DNA from: Holophagaceae bacterium
GTDB lineage: Bacteria; Acidobacteriota; Holophagae; Holophagales; Holophagaceae
Direction: 5' to 3'
Assembly: GCA_025350765.1 (NCBI GenBank)
Contig: JANXXC010000221.1
Span: 1 to 53,212, forward strand
Length of the DNA: 53,212 nt
The notes under the pieces are model-generated. The model was given only the letters and a program-made list of their open reading frames with translations, did no database searches and was not told the origin of the DNA. Positions 27,521-38,010 of this stretch are shown here, piece after piece. The position numbers and the translations under genes are program-made. The number at the start of each line of letters is the position of its first letter. Within the stretch, counting starts at the first letter, position 1.

Positions 27521-29314
27521 ATGCCCCACACACCGAGCCCCACTGACACGGATTACCGAGCCCAGGCCGATGGACACCCGTCTGCCTCAGACCAGAGAGT
27601 GGCCCATGATGGGATTGCCGTCTCCGCAGCGGTGGCCTCTTCCTCCATAAAACCTTGGCCTCCTCTTCGGAGCCGCCCTTTGGTGGAGGGCCACCGCCGG
27701 GCCCCCGCGCGGGCCATGCTCAAAGCCGCGGGTTTCAGCGATGAGGACTTGGCCAAGCCCATCATCGCCGTGGCCAATACTTGGACCGAAATAGGCCCCT
27801 GTAATCTCCATCTTCGAGAATTGGCAGAATACGTAAAGGTGGGCATTCGAAAGGCGGGTGGCACACCCATGGAATTTAATACTGTTTCTGTATCTGATGG
27901 CATTACCATGGGAACCGAAGGAATGTTTACATCTTTAATAAGTAGAGATTTAATCGCAGATTCTATTGAGTTGGTGGGTCGTGCTTATCCATTCGATGGC
28001 ATGGTTTGCCTGGCGGGCTGCGACAAGACTCACCCGGGTGTGGCCATGGCTCTGGCGCGGCTGGATCTGCCGGGGCTGGTGCTCTATGGCGGGCCCACCG
28101 CACCGGGTTGTGTGGAGGGCAAGGATGTCACCATCCAGGATGTTTTCGAGGCGGTGGGTCAGCAGAACATGGAACCCGCGCGCTACCGTGCCCTGGAAAA
28201 TGGCGCCGGCCCCGGCGCCGGGGCCTGCGGCGGCCAGTTCACCGCCAACACCATGGCCACGGCCTTCGAAGTGTTGGGCCTCTCTCCCCTGGGCAGCGCC
28301 GGCGCGCCCGCCGAGGAACAGGAACGCAAGGATGTGGCCGAAGCCGCGGGCTGCAAAGTCATGGACCTGGTGCGCGCGGACCTCCGCCCCAGCCACATCC
28401 TGACGCGCACTTCCTTCGAGAATGCCATCGCCGCGGTGGCCGCAACGGGGGGTTCCACCAACGCGGTGCTGCACCTGCTGGCCCTCGCCAAGGAAGCGGG
28501 CGTGGAGCTGGACCTGGAAGCTTTCGACCGCGTCAATGAGCGCACGCCGATCCTCGCGGACCTCAAGCCCGGTGGGCGTTTCGTCGCGGTGGATCTGCAT
28601 CGCGCCGGCGGCGTGGGTCTGGTGGCCAAGCGGCTGCTGGAGGCGGGCCTTTTGGATCCCAGTCCCTTGACCGTGGATGGCATGAGCCTCGGCGAAGCCC
28701 TTGCGGAGGTGGTGGCGGCGCCGGGTCAGCGCGTGGTGCGCGACTTCGACAAACCCCTACAAAGCAGCGGGGGCCTAGCCATCCTGCGGGGCAGCCTCGC
28801 GCCCGAGGGTTGCGTGGTGAAACTGGCGGGCCATGGCCGCCGTTTCCACCGAGGCCCCGCGCGGGTTTTCGATCGAGAAGAAACCGCCTTCGAGTATGTG
28901 CGGGCGGGCCACGTGAAGGACGGCGATGTCATCGTCATCCGCTACGAAGGACCCCGCGGCGGTCCCGGCATGCGCGAGATGCTGGCGGTGACCGCCGCCC
29001 TCCATGGCGCAGGCCTGGGCGAGTCCGTGGCGCTGCTCACCGATGGACGATTTTCCGGCGCCACCCACGGCTTCATGGCGGGCCACGTTTCCCCGGAAGC
29101 CGCGGTGGGGGGGCCCATTGCCCTCGTCCGCGAAGGCGACCTCATCTGCTTCGACGTGGCCGCGCGCCATCTCAATCTCGAAGTGGACTCCAGCGAATTG
29201 GACAAGCGCCGCGCCACTTGGTCTCCACGTCCCTCCACCGTCCCCCGGGGCGTGATGTCGCGCTACGCGGCCTCCGCCACCTCCGCTTCCGAAGGCGCTT
29301 CACTATGCAATTAA
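27521..29314 (+). CDS. ilvD: Dihydroxy-acid dehydratase
   Basis: Contains [17 protein letters not shown]...[12 protein letters not shown]...CDKTHPG. The ATG at 27521 has GAGGA upstream. This gives a ~37-aa N-terminal extension relative to the usual start; an alternative GTG is at 27632. Confidence 0.9.
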   Translation: MPHTPSPTDTDYRAQADGHPSASDQRVAHDGIAVSAAVASSSIKPWPPLRSRPLVEGHRRAPARAMLKAAGFSDEDLAKPIIAVANTWTEIGPCNLHLRELAEYVKVGIRKAGGTPMEFNTVSVSDGITMGTEGMFTSLISRDLIADSIELVGRAYPFDGMVCLAGCDKTHPGVAMALARLDLPGLVLYGGPTAPGCVEGKDVTIQDVFEAVGQQNMEPARYRALENGAGPGAGACGGQFTANTMATAFEVLGLSPLGSAGAPAEEQERKDVAEAAGCKVMDLVRADLRPSHILTRTSFENAIAAVAATGGSTNAVLHLLALAKEAGVELDLEAFDRVNERTPILADLKPGGRFVAVDLHRAGGVGLVAKRLLEAGLLDPSPLTVDGMSLGEALAEVVAAPGQRVVRDFDKPLQSSGGLAILRGSLAPEGCVVKLAGHGRRFHRGPARVFDREETAFEYVRAGHVKDGDVIVIRYEGPRGGPGMREMLAVTAALHGAGLGESVALLTDGRFSGATHGFMAGHVSPEAAVGGPIALVREGDLICFDVAARHLNLEVDSSELDKRRATWSPRPSTVPRGVMSRYAASATSASEGASLCN

Positions 29315-31023
29315 CCGGTGCGCAAATCATTTGGGAATGCCTGGTGCGCGAAGGCGTGGACACGGTCTTCGGCTATCCCGGCGGGGCTATTCTGCCGGCC
29401 TACGATGCGTTGCTCGACTACCCAGTCCATCACGTGCTGGTACGCCACGAGCAGGGCGCCGCGCACATGGCGGACGGCTACGCGCGCGCTTCGGGCAGGG
29501 TGGGCGTGGTCATTGCCACCTCCGGGCCCGGCGCCACGAATCTGGTGACCGGCCTGGCCAACGCGATGATGGATTCCATCCCCATGGTGGCCATCACGGG
29601 CCAAGTGGGCTCGCGCTTGCTGGGCACCGATGCCTTTCAGGAAGTAGATGTCACCGGCGTCACGTTGCCCGTGACCAAGCACAACTATCTGGTCACCTGT
29701 GCCGAGGACATCGCACCGGCCCTCCGCGAGGCCTTCGCCCTGGCGAAGCACGGCCGCCCGGGCCCCGTGCTGGTGGACATCACCAAGGACGCGCAGCAAA
29801 CGAAAGTCGAATTCGATTGGGATGGCGCTGAGCCTACGCGGCACCTGCGGCGCGGCCATCCGCCCATTGGGGAATCGCAACTGGCGCGAGCCCTCGAGCT
29901 TCTCCATGAATCCAAACGCCCCCTCATCCTCGCGGGCCACGGCATCGAATTGAGCGGTGCGAAAGCCCGGGTGCTGGCCTTTGCCGAGCAGATGCAAATC
30001 CCCATGGCGACGACCCTCCTGGGCATCGGCGCCGTGCCCGCGCGGCATCCTCTCAACCTGGGAATGATGGGCATGCACGGCGAGGCCTGGGTCAATCAGG
30101 CCATCCAGGAAGCGGACTTGCTGCTGGCCTTCGGCATGCGCTTTGATGATCGCGTGACCGGCACCCTGGCCACCTACGCCCAGCATGCCAAGAAGATCCA
30201 CGTGGACATTGACCCGGCGGAATTGGGCAAGAACGTGCCCGTGGAACTGGGTGTGGCGGCGGATTTGAATACCTTCCTCGGGGCCTTGCTGCCGCGCGGC
30301 GAAGCGCAAAATCACGGGCAGTGGCTGGAGCACATCCGGGAATTAAAGGGCGATGCCGCGGTGCGTGACATCCAGACCCTTCCCGACGAAGGCCGCCTCT
30401 TCGCCGCCCACGTCATCCACGAGTTGTGGCGCCTCACAGAGGGTGGGGCCATCGTCGTGACGGACGTGGGCCAGCATCAGATGTGGGAGGCCCAGTACTA
30501 CCATCACGACGAGCCCCGAAGCCTCATCACCAGCGGGGGTCTCGGCACCATGGGCTTCGCGCTGCCCGCGGCCATCGGCGCTAAATTCGCGCGGCCCGGA
30601 AAAGAAGTTTGGGTGGTGGCCGGAGACGGCGGCTTCCAGATGACCATGGCCGAGCTGATGACGTTGGTCCAGGAGGGTTTGAAGGTCAACATCGCGGTCA
30701 TCAATAATGGCTACCTGGGCATGGTGCGCCAATGGCAGGAGTTCTTCTACGAGCGGCGTTACTCCGCCACGCCCCTCCTTAGCCCCGACTTCGTGAAGCT
30801 CGCCGCCGCCTTCGGCATCGAAGGGCGCAGCGTCAGCACCCGCGCCGAGGCGGTGGAGGCCATCCAGGCCGCGCGATCCTCGACGGGGCCCTTCCTAATC
30901 GATTTTCGCGTGGAGCAAGAAGACACCGTGTTCCCCATGGTGCCCGCGGGCGCCGCCCTGGACGCCATGATCCGGCGCCCCATGCCCTCGGTCCTAGCCG
31001 AAACCGGGGCGGATGTTTCGTGA
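29305..31023 (+). CDS. ilvB: Acetolactate synthase large subunit
   Basis: Starts [31 protein letters not shown], with the ThDP motif [12 protein letters not shown]...NN. It overlaps ilvD by 10 nt. Confidence 0.9.
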   Translation: MQLTGAQIIWECLVREGVDTVFGYPGGAILPAYDALLDYPVHHVLVRHEQGAAHMADGYARASGRVGVVIATSGPGATNLVTGLANAMMDSIPMVAITGQVGSRLLGTDAFQEVDVTGVTLPVTKHNYLVTCAEDIAPALREAFALAKHGRPGPVLVDITKDAQQTKVEFDWDGAEPTRHLRRGHPPIGESQLARALELLHESKRPLILAGHGIELSGAKARVLAFAEQMQIPMATTLLGIGAVPARHPLNLGMMGMHGEAWVNQAIQEADLLLAFGMRFDDRVTGTLATYAQHAKKIHVDIDPAELGKNVPVELGVAADLNTFLGALLPRGEAQNHGQWLEHIRELKGDAAVRDIQTLPDEGRLFAAHVIHELWRLTEGGAIVVTDVGQHQMWEAQYYHHDEPRSLITSGGLGTMGFALPAAIGAKFARPGKEVWVVAGDGGFQMTMAELMTLVQEGLKVNIAVINNGYLGMVRQWQEFFYERRYSATPLLSPDFVKLAAAFGIEGRSVSTRAEAVEAIQAARSSTGPFLIDFRVEQEDTVFPMVPAGAALDAMIRRPMPSVLAETGADVS

Positions 31024-31050
31024 GTCGAGTCGTCGAAAAGAAAAGAAACT

Positions 31051-31077
31051 ACGAAGGCTCACGAAGGCACACGAAGA
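31051..31077. repeat. Three ACGAAGG-type words phased exactly 10 nt apart
   Basis: acgaaggctc / acgaaggcac / acgaagaa at 31051, 31061 and 31071. Confidence 0.8.
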
Positions 31078-31128
31078 ATTTCCTCCCAAGTCTTTCTGTT
31101 CGCCGAAACGCAGCGCTGATGACTCCTC

Positions 31129-31184
31129 AAGACTCAAGACTCAAGACTCAAGACTCAAGACTCAAGACTCAAGACTCAAGACTC
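31129..31184. repeat. Heptanucleotide microsatellite (AAGACTC) x8 in the ilvB-ilvN spacer
   Basis: Eight perfect tandem copies, counted by hand. Confidence 0.9.
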
Positions 31185-31220
31185 ACCCCTCACACCTCGT
31201 ACCTCACCCCCGGAGTTCCC

Positions 31221-31760
31221 ATGCCCCACTTCCTTGTGGCCACCACCGATGACGAACCCGGCGTCTTGAACCGCGTGACTTCCTTGGTGCGCCGCCGCGC
31301 TTTCAACATCCATTCCCTTACCGTGGGCCCCGCGGAAACGAGCGGCACCTCGCGCATGACGATGGTGGTGGAAAGCGATGAGGCCGGTGCGCTGCGCGTG
31401 GCTTCGCATCTCGAAAAGCTTCTGAACGTGCTGAAGGTCGAGGTGCTTTCGGAGCGGCCCTCGGTGGTGCGCTACCTCGCGCTGCTACGGGTCTCCGCGC
31501 CGGTCGCCACACGGGGCCAGGTGCTGCTGGTGGGGAACGCTTTCCGAGCCCAGGTGGTGGATGTGGCCGAGGATTCCGTGGTGCTGGAGTGCAGCGGCAG
31601 CGCCGAAAAGATCGCCGCGCTCGCCGAGGCCCTGCGCCCCTACGGCCTGCTGGAACTGAGCCGCACCGGAGCTCTGGCCATGGCCCGCGGCACCCTCCCC
31701 TCGGTGGTGCCCCTCCGACGCGCCGCGACGGAATTCTCACCCCTGGCGATGTCGGTCTGA
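31221..31760 (+). CDS. ilvN: Acetolactate synthase small (regulatory) subunit
   Basis: Starts MPHFLVATTDDEPGVLNRVTSLVRRRAFNIHSLTV (ACT domain). The track ORF 31020..31760 reads through the repeats and was trimmed. Confidence 0.85.
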   Translation: MPHFLVATTDDEPGVLNRVTSLVRRRAFNIHSLTVGPAETSGTSRMTMVVESDEAGALRVASHLEKLLNVLKVEVLSERPSVVRYLALLRVSAPVATRGQVLLVGNAFRAQVVDVAEDSVVLECSGSAEKIAALAEALRPYGLLELSRTGALAMARGTLPSVVPLRRAATEFSPLAMSV

Positions 31761-32834
<1,074 letters not shown>

Positions 32835-32842
32835 GAGCACCC

Positions 32843-33721
32843 ATGCAGATCTGGCTGGATGGCTGCCTCGTCGCGGCCAAGGACGCCTCTATCTCTCCAC
32901 TGGCCCACGGCCTGCACTACGGCACCGGCGTCTTTGAAGGCATTCGCGCTTATCGCAGCGCTAAAGGACCCGCCATCTTCCGGTTATCGGATCACCTGGA
33001 TCGCCTGGGCCGGGGCGCAGAGGCCCTGGGCATGGCGGTGGACCTAGAGGACCTCCATCGCGGGTGTCTGGAAGCTCTTCAAGCCAGTGGATTGGAAGAG
33101 GCCTACCTCCGCCCCCTGGTGTTTTATGAAACCGGAGGCCTGGGCCTGGATGTCGCTGGATTGAAAGTTCGGCAGATGGTGGCGGCTTTGCCGTGGCGGA
33201 ACCATCTCGGCGATGCGGGAGAGCAGCGCGGCGTGCGCCTGCGCACCAGTCCCTATCGCCGGAATTCAGCCGCGGCGCTGCCACCCTTGAAGCTCTGCGG
33301 TGGCTACGTGAACTCGGTATTGGCCAAGCTCGAAGCCACCCACGCGGGCTTTGACGAAGCCCTGTTCACGGATGCTGCCGGCAACGTGGTGGAGTGCACC
33401 GGCGAGAACGTGTTCCTGGTGAAGAAGGGCCGCATCACCGCGGTTCAGCATGGCGACGCGCTGCCGGGCATCACGCGGGAAACCATCCTGGCGCTCACGG
33501 GCGCTGAATCTCGGACAGTGGCCTTGGACGAATTAAAGGCTGCGGATGAAGTCTTCCTCACGGGCACCAGCGCTGAGGTGACCGCCGTGGGCGCGCGGGA
33601 CGAACGCAGTTGGACGTTAAACCCCGTGACACGGGAATTGCAGGCCCTCTACCAGCGGGTGGTTCATGGCGAGGCCGAAGCCTCGCGCGGCTGGCTCACG
33701 CCGTTGCAGGTGAGCGTATGA
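32843..33721 (+). CDS. ilvE: Branched-chain amino acid aminotransferase (fold type IV)
   Basis: Contains HGLHYGTGVFEGIRAY...LKLCGGYVNSVLAK...GITR. Confidence 0.85.
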   Translation: MQIWLDGCLVAAKDASISPLAHGLHYGTGVFEGIRAYRSAKGPAIFRLSDHLDRLGRGAEALGMAVDLEDLHRGCLEALQASGLEEAYLRPLVFYETGGLGLDVAGLKVRQMVAALPWRNHLGDAGEQRGVRLRTSPYRRNSAAALPPLKLCGGYVNSVLAKLEATHAGFDEALFTDAAGNVVECTGENVFLVKKGRITAVQHGDALPGITRETILALTGAESRTVALDELKAADEVFLTGTSAEVTAVGARDERSWTLNPVTRELQALYQRVVHGEAEASRGWLTPLQVSV

Positions 33722-34677
33722 GTGGCGCCGTATCCAGTGACGTGGTGAGCCTGGAGGATCTTTTGGCGGCGCGCGAAAGGCTGCATCCCCATGTGCGCCG
33801 GACGCCCGTCATGGGGCTCAGGGTGCCCACGCCTAGGGGCCCGCAGGAGGTGCTCTTCAAGCTGGAGCTGCTGCAAGTCACGGGTGTCTTCAAGGTGCGC
33901 GGGGCCTTCAACGCCCTGCTCCAAACCCCCGCGGAAAAAGTGCTGGCCTGCTCCGGCGGAAATCACGGTCTCGCCGTGGCCCATGCCGCCGCGGCCCTGG
34001 GCAAACGCGCCATCATCTTCGTTCCGCTGACGGCGGCGCGCCTCAAGGTGGAGGGCATGCAGCGCTTGGGCGCCGACGTTCGTTCAGTGGGAGCTTCGCC
34101 CCGGGAAGCCTTCCAAGCCGCGGATGACATGGCCCGGGACTCCGGCCTGCCCATGATCCATCCCTACGATCAGGCTGAGGTCATCGCGGGGCAGGGGACT
34201 CTGGGGCTGGAGCTTTTGGAACAAGCGCCCGAAGTCCGCCATTGGCTCATGGCCGTGGGCGGGGGTGGTCTGGTGGCGGGCTGTTCGGTCGCGTTGGAAG
34301 GACGCGCTCAAATCATTCCGATTGAACCCGAGGGCTGTCCGGGACTCTTCGAGGCTCAAGCCGTCGGTCATCCCGTGGCGGTGAAATCCGAAGGTTGCGC
34401 CAGCACCAGCTTGGGACCCCCGAGTTTGGGCGAGGTGCCCTGGATGATTCTCAGGGATCGCCCGAATCACCGCCTGGCCCCCTGTGTGCTGGTGGATGAG
34501 GGCGCCATTCTTCGGGCTCAAGGCTGGCTTTGGCGAGAGGCCCGTCTCGTGGCGGAACCCGGCGGCGCCACCGCCTTGGCGGCCCTGATGAGCGGAGCCT
34601 GGGCGCCAGCGGATGATGAGCCCCTGGGCGTCGTGCTCTGTGGCGGCAACGCGGACGGACTTCCTGCTTGTGAATAA
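33718..34677 (+). CDS. PLP-dependent threonine/serine dehydratase (no ACT regulatory domain)
   Basis: Contains the FKVRGAFN lysine motif and GGNHG. 319 aa. ATGA overlap with ilvE. Confidence 0.7.
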   Translation: MSGAVSSDVVSLEDLLAARERLHPHVRRTPVMGLRVPTPRGPQEVLFKLELLQVTGVFKVRGAFNALLQTPAEKVLACSGGNHGLAVAHAAAALGKRAIIFVPLTAARLKVEGMQRLGADVRSVGASPREAFQAADDMARDSGLPMIHPYDQAEVIAGQGTLGLELLEQAPEVRHWLMAVGGGGLVAGCSVALEGRAQIIPIEPEGCPGLFEAQAVGHPVAVKSEGCASTSLGPPSLGEVPWMILRDRPNHRLAPCVLVDEGAILRAQGWLWREARLVAEPGGATALAALMSGAWAPADDEPLGVVLCGGNADGLPACE

Positions 34678-34728
34678 CACATTTGGCCTGCGCATAATAT
34701 TCATTCGTGAGCTTCAGGAACCGGACCG

Positions 34729-35994
34729 ATGCCTGTCGGCCGTTATCTAAAGGAAGGACACACCGTGGCACTCTCCGAGTCGCTGGACAGTATTTCCCTA
34801 GGCAAGATCGTCGTCATCCGCGAGCAGCTGATGAAGGCGCAGGCGGCGGGCCAGACCGTGTACCGGCTGGAATCTGGGGATCCGAGTTTTTCCGTCGCAC
34901 CCCACGTTCTGGCCGCGCTGCAAGCGGCTGCGGTGGCGGGGAAAACCCACTACATCCCCAACGACGGCATCCCCCAACTGCGGGCGGCCCTGCGGGACAA
35001 GCTGCGGCACAAGAACAAGATCGCGGCCGTGACCGAGAACGATATCTTCGTCACCAACGGCGCCATGCACGCGCTCTTCGTGACCTTCTCCTGCCTGCTG
35101 AAAACTGGCGACGAAGTCATCGTGCCGGACCCCATGTGGACCGAAGTCGTGGAGAACATCAAGCTCGCGGGCGGTGTGCCCGTGGGCGTTCCGCTGAAAT
35201 TCGAGAAGGACTTCGAGTACGATCCCGCTGATATTCGCGCGCGCATCACGCCGCGCACCAAAGCCATCTTCTTGAACACGCCCCACAATCCCACGGGGGC
35301 GGTGTTGTCCAAGGAAACGTTATTGGAGATTCTGGCCATCGCCGAGGCCCACGGTCTTTGGATCATCAGCGACGAGGCCTACGAAGACGTGCTCTACGCG
35401 CCGAACGAGCATCACTCCATCGCCGCACTGGCGCCGCACTATCTGGACAAGATCATCAGCGTCTATTCATTCTCCAAGACCTACGCCATGAGCGGGCTGC
35501 GGGTGGGCTGCATCGTCACCACCGACTCTGTGCTTCAATCCCGCATTCCGAAACTGCTGCGCTGCACCATCAACGGCGTCAACAGCGTCACCCAGTGGGC
35601 CGCGGTGGCCGCGCTGGAGGGGCCCCAGGACCAATTGGCGGAAATGCGCGATGAATACGCGCTGCGCCGGACGCTGCTGCTGGAAGCGCTTCAGGGCATC
35701 GAGGGCTTGCGTCCCTTCGCGCCCCATGGCGGCTTTTGTTTGTGGGCCCAACTGGATCCGAGCTTGGACGCGCGCTTGGGGTGTTCTAGTGGGGATGAAC
35801 TATCGGAATGGCTGGCCCGGCAGGGCATCGGCAGCGCGCCGGGAGATGCTTTTGGCGTGACCTGCCACGATGCCATCCGCTTCGCCTTTAGTTGCGATAC
35901 GGAAATGGTGCGCAGCGGCGCCATTGCCTTGCGACGCGCGCTGACGGGGCAGACCGCTGCATCCGCCGCGCCCCTCGCGGAAAGCCGATCCTGA
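34729..35994 (+). CDS. Class I/II PLP-dependent aminotransferase (aspartate aminotransferase family)
   Basis: Contains YRLESGDPSF, NPHNPTGAV and YSFSKTYAMSGLRVG. Confidence 0.8.
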   Translation: MPVGRYLKEGHTVALSESLDSISLGKIVVIREQLMKAQAAGQTVYRLESGDPSFSVAPHVLAALQAAAVAGKTHYIPNDGIPQLRAALRDKLRHKNKIAAVTENDIFVTNGAMHALFVTFSCLLKTGDEVIVPDPMWTEVVENIKLAGGVPVGVPLKFEKDFEYDPADIRARITPRTKAIFLNTPHNPTGAVLSKETLLEILAIAEAHGLWIISDEAYEDVLYAPNEHHSIAALAPHYLDKIISVYSFSKTYAMSGLRVGCIVTTDSVLQSRIPKLLRCTINGVNSVTQWAAVAALEGPQDQLAEMRDEYALRRTLLLEALQGIEGLRPFAPHGGFCLWAQLDPSLDARLGCSSGDELSEWLARQGIGSAPGDAFGVTCHDAIRFAFSCDTEMVRSGAIALRRALTGQTAASAAPLAESRS

Positions 35995-35995
35995 T

Positions 35996-36772
35996 ATGCG
36001 CGTGGGCGTGGTCCAGATGCAAGTCGTCGATGGCGATGCCGCGGCTAATCTCCGGCACGCCGAAGCACTCATCAACGTCCACCCTGGCGCGGCTCTCTAC
36101 GTGCTCCCGGAACTTTGGACAACGGGCTACGCCCATTCGTGCTGGCCTGCGGTGGCCCAGGAGCACACGCCGGCCATCTGCCAAGCGCTTCAATCCCTCG
36201 CCCAAAGCTCCCACGCTTGGATCGCCGGGAGCATGATCAGCCGCAACGAAAATCAGCAGCTCGTGAACCGGCTCTGGGTTTTCTCACCCGATGGCGCGGC
36301 GCCGATCTTCTACGACAAGGGCCATCTCTTCGAGCCCATGGATGAACATCTGTATCTGGTGGCGGGTAAGCGCCGCATTCGCTGTTCCATTGGCGGGGTT
36401 GAGACGGCCCTCAGTATTTGCTTCGATCTGCGCTTCCCCGAGATGTATCGCCGCGACGCGGTAGAAGGCGCAGAGATGTTCTTGGTGGTGTCCGAATGGC
36501 CCCATCCCCGCAGTGAGGCGTTAAGAACCCTGGCCCGCGCTCGCGCCATGGAGAACCAAGCCTACCTGGTGCTTTCGAACCGCGTGGGACCCGCGGATGA
36601 CGGCACCATTTTCTGCGGTGGGTCCATGGTTGTCGGTCCCGATGGATCGGTGTTGGCGGACGCCGGGGACTCGGAAGGGGTGATCTTTGCGGACATTGAT
36701 GCAGAGGCGGTTCGAGGGGGCCGAGCGGCATTTCCCGTGCTGGGGCTGAGGCAGGCAGGGCTGGATTTCTGA
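35996..36772 (+). CDS. Carbon-nitrogen hydrolase (nitrilase superfamily, omega-amidase-like)
   Basis: Starts MRVGVVQMQV, has LPELWTTGY (catalytic Glu) and the ICFDLRFPE Cys motif. Confidence 0.8.
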   Translation: MRVGVVQMQVVDGDAAANLRHAEALINVHPGAALYVLPELWTTGYAHSCWPAVAQEHTPAICQALQSLAQSSHAWIAGSMISRNENQQLVNRLWVFSPDGAAPIFYDKGHLFEPMDEHLYLVAGKRRIRCSIGGVETALSICFDLRFPEMYRRDAVEGAEMFLVVSEWPHPRSEALRTLARARAMENQAYLVLSNRVGPADDGTIFCGGSMVVGPDGSVLADAGDSEGVIFADIDAEAVRGGRAAFPVLGLRQAGLDF

Positions 36773-36809
36773 GGTTGGATGCATCCTGGCCAAGCAAGAC
36801 CCGCGTCCT

Positions 36810-36983
36810 TCAATAAGCCCTTGAAAGGCCTAGTTTCAGGGGCTCGTTTCCATGGATGGGCACAGCCAAGCGAATGGCTTCACCGACTTTTCCATAGATT
36901 CGATGGCTTCCCCGCTGACGCAGAAGTGCCCAGCCGTTCTGCTCCAGAAAACGACAGAACTCCTGGCCGGACGGCGGGTTCAA
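36810..36983 (-). CDS. hicA: HicA-family toxin (57 aa, TTG start), below the ORF-track size cutoff
   Basis: My own translation gives (M)NPPSGQEFCRFLEQNGWALLRQRGSHRIYGKVGEAIRLAVPIHGNEPLKLGLSRAY*. It has the HicA hallmarks (GW.L.RQRGSH, P.HGN..L). The TTG overlaps the hicB stop (TTGA), and an in-frame TGA lies 14 codons upstream. Confidence 0.65.
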   Translation of the reverse strand: MNPPSGQEFCRFLEQNGWALLRQRGSHRIYGKVGEAIRLAVPIHGNEPLKLGLSRAY

Positions 36984-37183
36984 ATGGCGAATTCCAGGAG
37001 ACGGCCACCCCCTTGGAGATCAAGGTCACCAAGTGAAGTTTCCATGAGCAATTCCACAACCTCTTTGAGGTTCGCTTGCAGCTCATCCAGGCTCTCCGCT
37101 TGGGTATAGCAGCCAGGCAGGGCGGGTACCTCGGCCCAGAACCCGCCTTCCTTCGCTTCATGCACTATGGCCACGACGCGCAT
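36980..37183 (-). CDS. hicB: HicB-family antitoxin (short UPF0150 type)
   Basis: Starts MRVVAIVHEAKEGGFWAEVPALPGCYTQAESLDELQANLKEVVELLME. The track ORF extends to 37228. Confidence 0.75.
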   Translation of the reverse strand: MRVVAIVHEAKEGGFWAEVPALPGCYTQAESLDELQANLKEVVELLMETSLGDLDLQGGGRLLEFAI

Positions 37184-37271
37184 CTTGCACCTCTTGGCAA
37201 AGTGTACGCTTCTACCGGGCTTCTGCACTCTTCACTGCCCAATTTCATTGATCTGTGGTTTCAATAACTCC

Positions 37272-37763
37272 ATGGCCGAATCCCTTTCCTTCCGACCTAT
37301 CCGTCTCGAAGACGACGCGGCGATGGCTTCGATCATCCGCGCGGTGATGCCGGAGTTCGGTGCGGACGGTCCCGGCTTCGCCATCCATGACCTTGAAGTG
37401 GATGCCATGTGCGCTTCTTATTCCGTTCCCGGCGCGGCCTACTTCGTGGTGGAAACCGCCGAAGGCTCCGTCATCGGCGGGGGTGGCGTCGCGAAATTGG
37501 ATGGCGGCGACTCGGGCGTGTGCGAACTGCGGAAGATGTATTTTCTTCCCGAGGCGCGCGGCACCGGCATGGGCGAAAAACTGCTGCGCCACTGTCTTTC
37601 CACGGCCAAGGACCTGGGCTACAAAACCTGCTATTTGGAAACGCTAACGGGCATGGACGCCGCCATGCGGCTCTACGAAAAAGTAGGATTCCAAAAACTT
37701 TGTGCGCCCATGGGCGCCACAGGCCATGGCGGATGCGATCGCTGGTTCGCGAGGGAACTGTGA
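37272..37763 (+). CDS. GNAT family N-acetyltransferase
   Basis: Contains CELRKMYFLPEARGTGMGEKLLRHCL...GYKTCYLET. Confidence 0.8.
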   Translation: MAESLSFRPIRLEDDAAMASIIRAVMPEFGADGPGFAIHDLEVDAMCASYSVPGAAYFVVETAEGSVIGGGGVAKLDGGDSGVCELRKMYFLPEARGTGMGEKLLRHCLSTAKDLGYKTCYLETLTGMDAAMRLYEKVGFQKLCAPMGATGHGGCDRWFAREL

Positions 37764-37908
37764 TCCGGCTTCCGGCTTCCGGCCTCCGGCTTCCGGCCAC
37801 GCGAAGCGAAGCCCTGGTGCAGACGACGTTGGGTGGGATTTTTCATCGCGCATCATTTCAATACGCGCCAAAGGCGCGGGGCACCCTTTGCGGAAGCCGG
37901 AAGCCGGA
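37764..37908. repeat. 18-bp perfect inverted repeat built from GCTTCCG words
   Basis: TCCGGCTTCCGGCTTCCG (37764-81) pairs with CGGAAGCCGGAAGCCGGA (37891-908). GAAGCGAAGC direct repeats lie near 37802, 37919 and 37949. Confidence 0.85.
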
Positions 37909-38010
37909 CCATCCGACAGAAGCGAAGCGAATGGAGGATGGGACCGTGAGCGAAGCGAACGGCCCCGAAGGGGCGAGTGGCGGAGCTCCGAGTCAAGCCG
38001 GGAGCCGGAA

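Noticed and set aside
31129-31184. Considered whether this or other repeat clusters (37764-37950, 47732-47793) could be CRISPR arrays.
   Set aside because: The repeat units are 7-10 nt with no unique spacers of 25-40 nt. No cas genes are present in the window.
31020-31220. N-terminal extension of the ilvN ORF encoding QDSRLKTQDSRLKTQDSRL.
   Set aside because: This is an in-frame read-through of the heptamer microsatellite. ilvN has a normal ACT-domain start at 31221, and homologous small subunits have no such extension.
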